Source of the DNA: Macrostomum lignano
Lineage: Eukaryota
Length of the DNA: 64,000 nucleotides
Assembly (NCBI GenBank): GCA_002269645.1
Contig: NIVC01000853.1
Span: 69,419-133,418 of the forward strand
Direction: 5' to 3'
The notes under the pieces were generated by a model, which saw nothing but the letters and a program-made list of their open reading frames with translations, was not told the origin of the DNA and did not search any database. Shown one piece after another: positions 51,012-63,892 of this stretch (position 1 is its first letter; every line of letters begins with the position of its first letter). Both the position numbers and the translations under genes were made by a program.

Positions 51012-52585
51012 GTGAGTCCTGGTCTAGTGTTTCTGAGTCCTGGTCTAGTGTTTCTGAGTCCTGGTCTAGTGTTTCTGAGTCCTGGTCTAGTGTTTCTGAG
51101 TCCTGGTCTAGTGTTTCTGAGTCCTGGTCTAGTGTTTCTGAGTCCTGGTCTAGTGTTTCTGAGTCCTGGTCTAGTGTTTCTGAGTCCTGGTCTAGTGTTT
51201 CTGAGTCCTGGTCTAGTGTTTCTGAGTCCTGGTCTAGTGTTTCTGAGTCCTGGTCTAGTGTTTCTGAGTCCTGATCTAGTGTTTCTGAGTCCTGGTCTAG
51301 TGTTTCTGAGTCCTGGTCTAGTGTTTCTGAGTCCTGGTCTAGTGTTTCTGAGTCCTGGTCTAGTGTTTCTGAGTCCTGTTCTAGTGTTTCTGAGTCCTGT
51401 TCTAGTGTTTCTGAGTCCTGGTCTAGTGTTTCTGAGTCCTGGTCTAGTGTTTCTGAGTCCTGGTCTAGTGTTTCTGAGTCCTGATCTAGTGTTTCTGAGT
51501 CCTGGTCTAGTGTTTCTGAGTCCTGGTCTAGTGGGTCTTAGTCCTGGTCTAGTGTTTCTGAGTCCTGGTCTAGTGGGTCTTAGTCCTGGTCTAGTGTTTC
51601 TGAGTCCTGGTCTAGTGTTTCTGAGTCCTGGTCTAGTGTTTCTGAGTCCTGGTCTAGTGTTTCTGAGTCCTGTTCTAGTGTTTCTGAGTCCTGGTCTAGT
51701 GGGTCTTAGTCCTGGTCTAGTGTTTCTGAGTCCTGGTCTAGTGTTTCTGAGTCCTGGTCTAGTGTTTCTGAGTCCTGGTCTAGTGTTTCTGAGTCCTGTC
51801 TAGTGTTTCTGAGTCCTGGTCTAGTGTTTCTGAGTCCTGTTCTAGTGTTTCTGAGTCCTGGTCTAGTGGGTCTTAGTCCTGGTCTAGTGTTTCTGAGTCC
51901 TGGTCTAGTGTTTCTGAGTCCTGTTCTAGTGTTTCTGAGTCCTGTTCTAGTGTTTCTGAGTCCTGTTCTAGTGTTTCTGAGTCCTGATCTAGTGTTTCTG
52001 AGTCCTGATCTAGTGTTTCTGAGTCCTGGTCTAGTGTTTCTGAGTCCTGATCTAGTGTTTCTGAGTCCTGGTCTAGTGTTTCTGAGTCCTGGTCTAGTGT
52101 TTCTGAGTCCTGGTCTAGTGTTTCTGAGTCCTGGTCTAGTGTTTCTGAGTCCTGGTCTAGTGTTTCTGAGTCCTGTTCTAGTGTTTCTGAGTCCTGGTCT
52201 AGTGGGTCTTAGTCCTGGTCTAGTGTTTCTGAGTCCTGATCTAGTGTTTCTGAGTCCTGGTCTAGTGTTTCTGAGTCCTGGTCTAGTGTTTCTGAGTCCT
52301 GGTCTAGTGTTTCTGAGTCCTGGTCTAGTGTTTCTGAGTCCTGGTCTAGTGTTTCTGAGTCCTGTCTAGTGTTTCTGAGTCCTGTCTAGTGTTTCTGAGT
52401 CCTGGTCTAGTGTTTCTGAGTCCTGGTCTAGTGTTTCTGAGTCCTGTTCTAGTGTTTCTGAGTCCTGTTCTAGTGTTTCTGAGTCCTGTTCTAGTGTTTC
52501 TGAGTCCTGATCTAGTGTTTCTGAGTCCTGATCTAGTGTTTCTGAGTCCTGGTCTAGTGTTTCTGAGTCCTGATCTAGTGGGTCT
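51012..52585. repeat. 21-bp minisatellite (CTGAGTCCTGGTCTAGTGTTT)n, about 75 copies
   Basis: The first unit begins with the true donor GTGAGT of CNBD intron 1. Confidence 0.97.
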
Positions 52586-52702
52586 GAGTCTGGGTTGGTT
52601 AAATCTTCAGAGCAGAGACACGTTTTCAAACCCTAAGTTAATGTTAACTCCACCTGAACTCGAGCTCAGATCCTCTAGCTTAACACTTTGGGGATCCCGC
52701 AG

Positions 52703-52999
52703 ACTGGAGCGAGGCCGGGACGTGCTTCGGGCTGGGCACCCCGGCTACTCATTCTACGTGATCTTCTCCGGCGTGGTGCGGGTATCCGCCGGCCCCGACT
52801 TGCCCAACACTGAGCCGATTCTGCTTCGGAAAGGAGACTCGTTTGGCGAGCGATCGCTTCTGTTTGAGATGCCGCGAGACGTCACGGTGACCACGGAGAG
52901 GCTCACGGAGTTTCTCATCGTGTATGACGACTGCTTCTTTGAGTCTGGCCTGGCCGACTACCTGGGAGAGCAGTATCGGAGAATTGAGCGGTTTCTCAG
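52703..52999 (+). CDS. CNBD protein exon 2 (first cNMP-binding barrel)
   Basis: LERGRDVLRAGHPGYSFYVIFSGVVRV...LRKGDSFGERSLLFEMPRDVTVTT carries the cNMP-binding signature (GDSFGE...PR). Acceptor atcccgcAG, donor GTGAGG; 297 nt, phase 2 to phase 2. Confidence 0.9.
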
Positions 53000-54137
53000 G
53001 TGAGGCAATCATCATGCTAGTGGCCTCACGGTCTGTCAGGTGAGGCAATGGTCATGCTGGTGGCCTCACGGTCTGTCAGGTGAGGCAATGGTCATGCTGG
53101 TGGCCTCACGGTCTGTCAGGTGAGGCAATGGTCATGCTAGTGGCCTCATGGTCTGTCAGGTGAGGCAATGGTCATGCTAGTGGCCTCACGGTCTGTCAGG
53201 TGAGGCAATTGTCATGCTAGTGGCCTCACGGTCTGTCAGGTGAGGCAATGGTCATGCTAGTGGCCTCACGGTCTGTCAGGTGAGGCAATGGTCATGCTAG
53301 TGGCCTCACGGTCTGTCAGGTGAGGCAATGGTCATGCTAGTGGCCTCACGGTCTGTCAGGTGAGGCAATGGTCATGCTAGTGGCCTCACGGTCTGTCAGG
53401 TGAGGCAATGGTCATGCTGGTGGCCTCACGGTCTGTCAGGTGAGGCAATGGTCATGCTGGTGGCCTCACGGTCTGTCAGGTGAGGCAATGGTCATGCTAG
53501 TGGCCTCATGGTCTGTCAGGTGAGGCAATGGTCATGCTAGTGGCCTCATGGTCTGTCAGGTGAGGCAATTGTCATGCTAGTGGCCTCACGGTCTGTCAGG
53601 TGAGGCAATGGTCATGCTAGTGGCCTCACGGTCTGTCAGGTGAGGCAATGGTCATGCTAGTGGCCTCACGGTCTGTCAGGTGAGGCAATGGTCATGCTAG
53701 TGGCCTCACGGTCTGTCAGGTGAGGCAATTGTCATGCTAGTGGCCTCACGGTCTGTCAGGTGAGGCAATGGTCATGCTAGTGGCCTCACGGTCTGTCAGG
53801 TGAGGCAATGGTCATGCTAGTGGCCTCACGGTCTGTCAGGTGAGGCAATTGTCATGCTAGTGGCCTCATGGTCTGTCAGGTGAGGCAATTGTCATGCTAG
53901 TGGCCTCACGGTCTGTCAGGTGAGGCAATGGTTATGCTAGTGGCCTCATGGTCTGTCAGGTGAGGCAATGGTCATGCTAGTGGCCTCATGGTCTGTCAGG
54001 TGAGGCAATGGTCATGCTAGTGGCCTCACGGTCTGTCAGGTGAGGCAATGGTCATGCTAGTGGCCTCACGGTCTGTCAGGTGAGGCAATGGTCATGCTAG
54101 TGGCCTCACGGTCTGTCAGGTGAGGCAATGGTCACGC
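52996..54137. repeat. 40-bp minisatellite (CAGGTGAGGCAATGGTCATGCTAGTGGCCTCACGGTCTGT)n, about 28 copies
   Basis: The first unit overlaps the exon-2 donor of the CNBD gene. Confidence 0.97.
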
Positions 54138-54211
54138 TAGCGACTAAGTGGGATGGATACAAATGCCGCAACGCCACAGGCTCATTGCAACTGTCATTCC
54201 TGAACTGGCAG

Positions 54212-54611
54212 AAGTCTGCCTCAGTTCTCAGGCCTGTCCACCAGCGCCCTCGCGGACCTGTCGCATCGCAGCACCCTGCTGGAGCACCTGGACGGATCAG
54301 TCATAGTCGGCAGCTCGCAGCGTACTCAGCTGGTGTGGCTGGTTGTCAGCGGCTCAGCCGACATCTACGGCCGGGTGTCGCGGCTCGACTCGGCCAAGCA
54401 GAGCCGGTTGGCTGGCGAAGAGGCGGAGACGAGCCGCCGCCTGATTGGCTGGCTGGCCGAAGTCGACGCTCGACTGCCGCGGTCCACAGCGGCAACTGAA
54501 GCCGCATCGGCAACCGCCAGGATCAGCAGGAATCGTCGGGCTCCGTTCCTGCTGCCTGGCGAGGCCGCCTACCTGGCGAAAGTCGGCCATCTGACGCCTG
54601 GGAAATCCTTT
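54212..54611 (+). CDS. CNBD protein exon 3 (second, divergent cNMP-binding domain)
   Basis: SLPQFSGLSTSALADLSHRSTLLEHLDGSVIV...VWLVVSGSADIY...KVGHLTPGKSF. Acceptor aactggcAG, donor GTGAGG at 54612; 400 nt, phase 2 to phase 0. Confidence 0.8.
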
Positions 54612-54944
54612 GTGAGGATTGCTTGATTTTCCTGTTTATTATAATTAGTGAGACTGACTTCACCGATTCATCACCTGTTGCTTGAGTCTTAATTAGTAGT
54701 AAGAAAGACATCTTAATCATTTACCATGAGTGTGAGATACCATGTTTTACCTGTGTGAGATCCTGGATTTTATTTGTGTGAGATACTGACATTCCGGAAT
54801 TTTCGTGTGAGATTCCGAGTTTACACGTGTAAATTTGCGGATTTTATGAGCGTACCTGTTTCTCTGAGCCCTTGAAAAACGTTATAATTTGACGTTTTCG
54901 TCTTCTTGTAGATCCTTTTCTTCTTGAGTGAACAAATCAATGAC

Positions 54945-55530
54945 TGAACTAGGCCGAGAGTGAACTAGGCCAAGAGTGAACTAGGTCGAGAGTGAACTAG
55001 GCCCAGAGTGAACTAGGCCGAGAGTGAACTAGGCCCAGAGTGAACTAAGCCCAGAGTGAACTAGGCCGAGAGTGAACTAGGCTGAGAGTGAACTAGGCCG
55101 AGAGTGAACTAGGCAGTGATTGCACTATGCAGTGAGTGAACTATGCAGTGAGTGAACTAGGCAGTGAGTGAACTAGGCAGTGAGTGAACTAGGCAGTGAG
55201 TGAACTAGGCAGTGAGTGAACTAGGCATTGAGTGCACTAGGCAGTGAGTGAACTAGGCAGTGAGTGAACTAGGCAGTGAGTGAACTGGGCAGTGAGTGAA
55301 CTAGGCAGAGTGAACTAGGCAGTGAGTGAACTGGGCAGTGAGTGAACTAGGCAGTGAGTGAACTAGGCATTGAGTGCACTAGGCAGTGAGTGAACTAGGC
55401 AGTGAGTGAACTAGGCAGTGAGTGAACTAGGCATTGAGTGCACTAGGCAGTGAGTGAACTAGGCAGTGAGTGAACTAGGCAGTGAGTGAACTGGGCAGTG
55501 AGTGAACTGGGCAGTGAGTGTACTAGGTGA
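54945..55530. repeat. 16-bp minisatellites (GAACTAGGCCGAGAGT)n then (GAACTAGGCAGTGAGT)n
   Basis: CNBD intron 3. Confidence 0.95.
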
Positions 55531-55677
55531 GTGAACTGGGCAAACTGTTCAGTGAATTGCCCGAGTATGGTGGATTGAGCGAATAGTTTTGTTTCATAAT
55601 GAGGACTCTGGAAGTGCAGCCTGAGATGACGCTGAGAGTGAAGCATCATCAAGCACCCGCCTCTGCCACTTCCCCAG

Positions 55678-56039
55678 GGCCTGGCAGCGATGTTCGATCC
55701 ACAGTCACGGGATCTATTCTTGGTCAGTCGCGGCTGCGAAGTGCTGGCGGTGCCCCACCAGGCCCTGCTAGCCGTGGCCTCCCGCAGCCAGCTGGAGTCC
55801 GCGCACCTGCTGTACGAGACTGTCCCGACTGATAGGCGGATGCGACGAGGGTGCGAGCAGCAGTGCGACTGGATGCTGTACAGGAGGCGGGAGGTGCGCG
55901 CCACTGTGCACCGGCTGAGAGTCATGTCTGACAGGTTCGACAAGACGCATCCCCCGCTGCCGTCAACTGCGCAGCAGCAGCAGCAGCAGAAGCGGCGAGG
56001 CCAAGGAGGGACGAGGATTCCACAGGTGCAGCAGCAGCA

Positions 56040-56071
<32 letters not shown>

Positions 56072-56118
56072 GCAGTCGCAGATCACATTCAGCGAAACCG
56101 CGTCTAAGCTATAGCTAA
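55678..56118 (+). CDS. CNBD protein terminal exon (about 575 aa in total)
   Basis: Acceptor cacttccccAG, phase 0, completes KSF|GLAAMF (the FG motif). Poly-Gln tail; TAA stop. Confidence 0.8.
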
Positions 56119-56382
56119 GCTCATCATGCGCTTTAGAACTGTGGCGCGAATAGCGAGTGTCAATTTTTTATTCCGGTTCTCCTGTTAAATACATACGTTG
56201 AAAATCTCGTGCAGTAGAAGTCAGCTTTAGATAGCATTTTAGCATTGACTTGATGCATCCATGTAGCTTGGACAAAATTAAGTAAAAATTAACTCTGCAA
56301 CTTTCAGTAACACTTTTGGTCATTATTTACTGTATATTTTGGCATCTCAAAGGCTGTGTGATCGCAAAAGTCTCCAGTCGTG

Positions 56383-57579
56383 TCACAGGTCCTCCTGGGT
56401 GACGCGAACGTCGGACACGTCCACCCCAGTCCAAGTGCCAGTCAGAGTGACCGCCTTGCCAAGGCCGTTCACGGCCTCCGCTCTCCACGGCACGTCCATC
56501 TTTGAGTGGGTGATTGAAGCCTTCTTTCTGATCGCGTGCCCCGGCGGCACCACGACCTCAGACGTCTGGCTGTACTGTGTGGTCCGGCTGTTGGTCTTGG
56601 TCAGGCTGAACTGGGCCGTGTACGATGAGGACACCTTGATTCCGCTCTCGCCAACGAAAGGAATGCCGGCCTTGACCGAAATCTCCGTGCCAACAGACAG
56701 CGAGTGCGAGTGCGAGAAGCTGCTCGCCGTGGTCACCGAGCGGGAGATGGTGAACGAGTCGCGCAACTCCACCGACGATCTCCGATTGTCGTAGGTCTCC
56801 ACTTTGAGGTCGTCCGGCACCGAGCTGAGAATCTTGCCGTGATCAACCTGAAAGTCCAGACTGCAGACCTCCTTGACCTTGCCCTTGGCCTCAAAGAAAC
56901 GAACATCGCGGTTGATGAAAGCTTCACCTGTGTAATCGGCGTCAAAGCACGTGACTAGAATATTATTAGCAAGATCGATGGCTTGCAACATTCCGCCGGC
57001 GTGTCCAAAAAATCTTTGGCAGAATTTGCTCGCGGCTTTGATGCAGCCGTACCGGCGCACCATGTCGCTTTTGATGCAGTCAGCGTCCAGCTCTGTCAGA
57101 ACAGAAACCGGCACCCATTCCCGTCGCGCCTGCTTCAGGCACACGTAGACCAAGTAGTCTCCGCGATAATAAAACAGACCCGTGTACTCCGATCCGTGGG
57201 TCCAACGACAGTAATTATCAGCTCCGCCTTGGTTGCAGCCGAATACTCCTTTGCAATACTTCAACGCCAGTTCCCATAACCTACCAGCGTGAAATGCCAC
57301 GGGATCAAAGCCCTCCCGACAGGCGACGCTAACGATTCCGTTGGCTACGTTGGTGATTGTGCCAATCAGCCTTTTTCCCGGCACCGTCACCCTGTTGCAG
57401 TAGTCCACAACTGCGCCCAAGCATCCGTGGACATCAAAGTAGTCAAGATTTGTGTTGCACAGGCTGCTTAAGTCGCTCAGCGCCACCTCTGGAGCACTTT
57501 TAGTGCACCTGGAGACAGAATAGACTTGGTCCAATGCCCGCGATTCAGGCTGCCAGCTTTGCGGCGCCGTCAGCTGCAG
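56383..57579 (-). CDS. Aerolysin/ETX-MTX2/natterin-type beta pore-forming protein, exon 2 (about 494 aa in total)
   Basis: Acceptor cacattttAG. The C-terminus shows Ser/Thr-rich alternating strands around an amphipathic hairpin (SFSHSHSLSVGTEISVKAGIPFVGESGIKVSSSYTAQFS), then VVVPPG...VPW..TLTGTWTGV, typical of natterin/ETX pore domains. It is preceded by three Cys-rich repeats. Confidence 0.85.
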   Translation of the reverse strand: MQLTAPQSWQPESRALDQVYSVSRCTKSAPEVALSDLSSLCNTNLDYFDVHGCLGAVVDYCNRVTVPGKRLIGTITNVANGIVSVACREGFDPVAFHAGRLWELALKYCKGVFGCNQGGADNYCRWTHGSEYTGLFYYRGDYLVYVCLKQARREWVPVSVLTELDADCIKSDMVRRYGCIKAASKFCQRFFGHAGGMLQAIDLANNILVTCFDADYTGEAFINRDVRFFEAKGKVKEVCSLDFQVDHGKILSSVPDDLKVETYDNRRSSVELRDSFTISRSVTTASSFSHSHSLSVGTEISVKAGIPFVGESGIKVSSSYTAQFSLTKTNSRTTQYSQTSEVVVPPGHAIRKKASITHSKMDVPWRAEAVNGLGKAVTLTGTWTGVDVSDVRVTQEDL

Positions 57580-57680
57580 CTAAAATGTGAGCAGTGTTTC
57601 TCTAATACATTTAGATTTGAAAGTTATCATGAATGGTCGCTTCTTTCTGAACATCATGCTCCCGGAATTCTAACAGAAGC

Positions 57681-57822
57681 CAAGGACTACTAAAAACACA
57701 GGACGCAGAACTTAAACTTGGTATGAACTTTTTAAACATTAGCTACGGTAAAAATTATCTACTAGATAGCGATTTTATATGTGAATTGCAACGTTTAATT
57801 ACTTAGTTTTTAGTAGTCCTTG
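57681..57822. mobile_element. hAT-type MITE, 142 bp
   Basis: Perfect 17-bp terminal inverted repeats (CAAGGACTACTAAAAAC / GTTTTTAGTAGTCCTTG) and an exact 8-bp target-site duplication ACAGAAGC at 57673-57680 and 57823-57830. Confidence 0.9.
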
Positions 57823-58033
57823 ACAGAAGCAAGGTGTTGTAGCTCTGTCCAAGGTGAACTGTGAAAGACCATAGACTGATTTAGTAATTCAACGAGTAAA
57901 ATGACTGTGGCTGTTGTAGACAGATAAAAAGTAAATAGATCAATGATGCTGCACTGGCAAATGACAAACTCGGTCGAGAAGTATTCGTCTCATCGAGAAA
58001 ACACGTGCTAAAGAGACAAAAACAACTAAGATA

Positions 58034-58623
58034 CACTCAGCAACAGTCAAAACCGCCACCCTACCGAGAGAGGCGATTTCTCTCTCACCTCAACTGCAAG
58101 TGACGTAACTTGCGCCACGGCGTGGCTAAAGCTGGGTGAGAGTGAATTCCAGGGTGAGAGTACAAAAGGGACTGGGGTTGGGTTGGGGGTGCAACAGTAC
58201 ACGTGACAATGGTCAGGCATGTTAAGCATGTCAAGCTGGTGCATCCATCAGCGCAGTTGCTCGCCGATTTGGCCGATCACGTTCAACAATTCGAGCGCTG
58301 TTAACGAAGTCCCAAGATACTGGTAGTGTTCAGCACGCAGCCATAGGCAGCCAGCGCCATGATCTCCGCGGCTCAACAGCCAGGGCAAATCGACGTCTGC
58401 TGCGGATTGTCAGACGAACTCCGACCGCGCCAGCCACCCTGCTCCGTCTAATGTGGGGTGAAAGAAGCAGATGGGGCATCTCCTGCATCCCCTGATTGCC
58501 CTCTCCTGCATTCACTCTCACCTAGCTTTAGCCACGCCGTGGCGCAAGTTACGTCACTTGCAGTTGAGGTGAGAGAGAAGTCGCCTCTCTCGATAGGGTG
58601 GCGGTTTTGACTGTTGCTGATTG
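58034..58623. mobile_element. MITE with long inverted termini, TA-flanked (Tc1/mariner-like)
   Basis: About 110-bp inverted repeats (58034-58146 versus 58510-58623) with only about 4 mismatches; TA on both sides. Confidence 0.85.
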
Positions 58624-58945
58624 TATATATGAAACTTTGCTTGCTTGCCGGTCTCCAGCAGCATTTTTAAAAACCGTAACTTGACAAAAATGTTAAATTT
58701 AAATGGCATACCGACAACTTAATTAATGCTAAAATTCCCAAAAATAATAGCTTTCTATTTGCTTTTTTATTTCTATATCCTGTGTGAGCGTGTGCATGTA
58801 TGACTGCGTGCTTGCATAGTATTGGCGAGCTTGTATCGAATACGTGCTCAGGAGTCAGCGCAGAATCCCAGCAGGCTCCCAGCCCCGCAATCTTAAACAG
58901 TGATACTAAATATTTATAGTGAATCTGCAATGAGATGCTACTAAC

Positions 58946-59233
58946 GGCTTGCATCGTGTCCTCCAGTTGGTCTCCCACAGCCTCGGCGGCCCGCAGCTCG
59001 CCAGCCAGCCGAGCTAACAACTCCTTCGGCGTCCGCTCGTGCACCCGATGATTCAGCAGCCGGAATCGGTACCTCTGTAACACCTCCGAGACAGCCGGCG
59101 ACGGCTCGGAGCGCCTGGCGAGGCTGTCCACAGCGGTCAGGGCCCAAAGCTCCGGGTGCGAACCGCCGCAGTGACACTGCGCTGCGAGTACGGCGGCTGC
59201 TGTTAACAGCGCGAATTCCAGGCTCAACTGCAT
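58946..59233 (-). CDS. Exon 1 of a secreted aerolysin-family protein (signal peptide plus pro-region)
   Basis: MQLSLEFALLTAAAVLAAQCHC looks like a signal peptide. 96 codons end at donor GTTAGT (58945) in phase 0, matching the phase-0 acceptor at 57580. Confidence 0.7.
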
Positions 59234-60700
59234 GAGATTTTTTTGGCAACCCGGTTGACTTTTTCGGCAGTCAGTCTGACATGATAGCTAAAAGTTAGCT
59301 GGCCTTTTTTTAAAACGCTAGCTAAATCTTAGCCGCGCTTATCTCCTTTCGACAGCTGCGCCACTTCTCAGCAAGGCCGCAGGACCAGTCTATCCCACGC
59401 CACTGATGCGTCAATTTGACGTATTATGACAGCAGATTGATTTTATGCTTCTCTGTATTCGGTAGCCTCATTGACAAGTAGAAACTTGTTAGAAATAAGC
59501 TAAGGTAATGAATTGTACCTATGTTTCCACCTATGCTTTACCGAAGCTGAGTCAAGAAAAGTCGCCAAAGAACTGCACTCGGCCATAGAGAATAAAGCGA
59601 ATCAAGTGGACAGCTCGCAATTCAAAAAGTTTCTTTTGTCACGCATAGCAACCAGCATTGTATTTTAAAAGACAACTTGCTGAGTTTATAAAAATGACAC
59701 AGCGGCCCGTGCTTCCGTCGTCAGTGTTGCTCACCTGGCGCTAGGAAGTAGGGAAGATGAGGGCAAGACATGAGTAAAAATGATGCAAAGAATTGAAAAC
59801 ATTTCTTTTTAACATGACCGACGATAAAAAATGCTTGGAATAAATGGGGTCACTTTCTCAAGCTCTTTATTTATTTTAAGCTCGAAATTTCACATCTTTG
59901 AAAATAAAAAACCGTCACTTCCAGTACCTTGAACCTTCAAGCTCGATTTTGACAAAATTTTCGAGTTTTGAGTTATTGCTCGCATATAGTGTGACCTGTG
60001 GCTATTTTATAGCATCTTTAATATACACCAATACAAGCTGTTGAAACCCACGGATTTTAAAGCCGCTGAATTCCAATCCCGGAATTGCTGCATAATTCTT
60101 AAATCTAAACTCGTACTGAAACAAAAACTAGTTATAGGTCAATAGTTACGATAGATAGAGGTACTGTCCATGCCAGTCAATACTGAACTAAGTACAGCTG
60201 TACTAACTTTCATAGATGTTTATTGTAGAGCCTGTGATATACCAAATTCCTAGTTCTCCCCTAAGAGCAAAAATGAAGAGGCCAGCTGCAGTTCCAACAC
60301 GTGAGTATGCGACATAAACTTGGCCATGTGAGAAGCAGTGTTGATTCCGGCCACCTTTAGCGATTTTCCTTGGGTTTATTTTTAGTCACGGCAAAGCAAA
60401 CCTTCACAGGGAAGTGCACTCGCTTGAACTGAAAAGGCAAGTCCGATGGAATAATCGAAATTCTCGGAATAAACACAGATTGCCTTATGATGTATTCCGT
60501 CAAGTTTTTGCCCCAATCACATTCGAAGAGAGTTGCTTGACGATTAGCCTGGTGCTGTTACATACTCGAAGCTTTGGGATATTTTAATTGCGCAAAAATC
60601 AGCTTAAGAGGGAGCTAGATTAACTAACTGAGCAAGACAGCGTCCTAGACTCAACCGAACAAGAGAGGAACACTAAAAATACCTTATCAACCATTAATAA

Positions 60701-62223
<1,523 letters not shown>

Positions 62224-62414
62224 AGCAAACTTTCCGTCCATCAAAGTCTTCACTTGTCTCTTCCTTTGTTTGCTTCTCACATAGTTTTTGTGCGGCGGGT
62301 TAGCTTATGCGGTATGAGAAATATATGAATGACGTATAGTAGTAGTACAATGGTATCTGTGGACGCTCCACCGTGCAGTGCAAAGACCACTGTATTAGTC
62401 TACTATAGTGGTTC

Positions 62415-62633
62415 ATGCGTGCAGCTTCGGATCTCTCAAGTGTCAAGACATATCAACGAATAGTGTTTGACAAATCTGTGCTGACGGACCCGTTCTTCAG
62501 GGTGCTTTATGATAAATTCGGCGAGAAGGCCTTGTCCAACACGCTAGCGTATGCGCGAATCTTCAACCCGCTTCCAGGGGTGAAGTTTCCGGACGATATC
62601 AAGGAAGGTCTGCTGCAGATGGGCGTAGTGGTG
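62415..62633 (+). CDS. Possible upstream exon of the helicase-like element
   Basis: ATG-initiated 73 open codons ending at a consensus GTGAGT (62634). No recognisable homology. Confidence 0.3.
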
Positions 62634-62971
62634 GTGAGTGAGTATTAGGAAGAGTCAGGCCCAAATCCTGGCGTCGCTGCGAACCGCTATGCACCGACAG
62701 GGAGAGAGCTGTCTGTTTCTACATCTATCTCGCTCCGCGTTCCTCAGGCAATAGAAGATCGCTATTGCATTGTGCGGAACCACCTTGCGCAGCACATTCG
62801 TTGTTTTGTCCACCAAAAGGCTCACGAATGCATCGATCAATTGTCAGCATTATTTCAATCGGTTGGATTACAGCTGTGAAGGTGCAGAGTGTCTGAAACG
62901 CTCCAAGTTTCTCTCAGTTTTGTTGCCGCGCACGTTGGCTCCCGCAAGTTGGCGTAGCGGATCCACTAGGC

Positions 62972-63892
62972 GTGACCGCCTTTACCTGTCGAACGAAACC
63001 TTTGCAGCGACAATCAGCTACATATTTTCGGTCATTAGTAGGTTTGAATTTTTTCAGTAGGTTAGAAGCCACCGGCCAATCCAAACGTAACATCATTCAC
63101 CAGATACTATCTACTGATCCGAATATCCGGTATATAGTAAGCGACACCAATTGCCGAATCCTTATCGCCGGCGTCAGACAGGTCAAGAATGCGTTAGTCT
63201 CAGTTACAAGACACGATGGCTGCGCCATGCTACGTAATGTAAATATGTCCGACTGTAGCATGCTCGTGTCAGCGTATTATTGGATTGAAAACATAGCGAG
63301 TTAGTAGTCACACCAGATCCGGAGGACGATTTTCTGATGCGTCATGTGACGTGCAAGCAAGAGCTAACTCGTCTATTTCAACGCGTACAGAAGATTCGTC
63401 GATTCAATCTAGAGCGTCTCACTGGTTGCGCGTACTGTGCTCATTTTATAAATCGGCATACACGCGATCGTACCATCAACGACGTCTCTAGTGACAACAA
63501 TTCTACGACGTCACTAGTGTTGACACGCCGCATCTGCCGCCGACAACGCCGCCACTGACAACGCCGCCGCCGCCGCCACTGCCGCCGCCTCAACCGACTC
63601 AGTACATGTCGACAGACCGCTGAATGAACGACGACGCGGATGTCCAACGATGCGAGCCGTGTGCGCAGCTCTTCGCCAACGTAAAGGTGTGGTGTACCTA
63701 TGGGGGCCACCTGGTGTTGGCAAAACTCATAGCGTAGCTGCGCACTGCGGTGAGACTCGTGTTGTCAATATAGTCCCGTCACGAGCTACAGCCAACACGT
63801 TTCTATTCGATCCGTTGGACATCACTGTACATCGCGTCATGTTCATTGACGAGGTTCGACCAGAGCTGTTCGATGCCAAGTCTGACGCCATG
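62972..63892 (+). pseudogene. Frameshifted ORF ending in a superfamily-3 helicase/ATPase (viral Rep/NS1/E1-like)
   Basis: VVYLWGPPGVGKT (Walker A) and FLFDPL..VHRVMFIDE (Walker B). Upstream frames join through shifts near 63298 and 63521. GTGAGT donor at 63893. Confidence 0.6.

Noticed and set aside
58150-58510. YQYLG (RT-thumb-like) words inside the long-TIR MITE
   Set aside because: Too short and interrupted to call a captured reverse-transcriptase fragment without a search.
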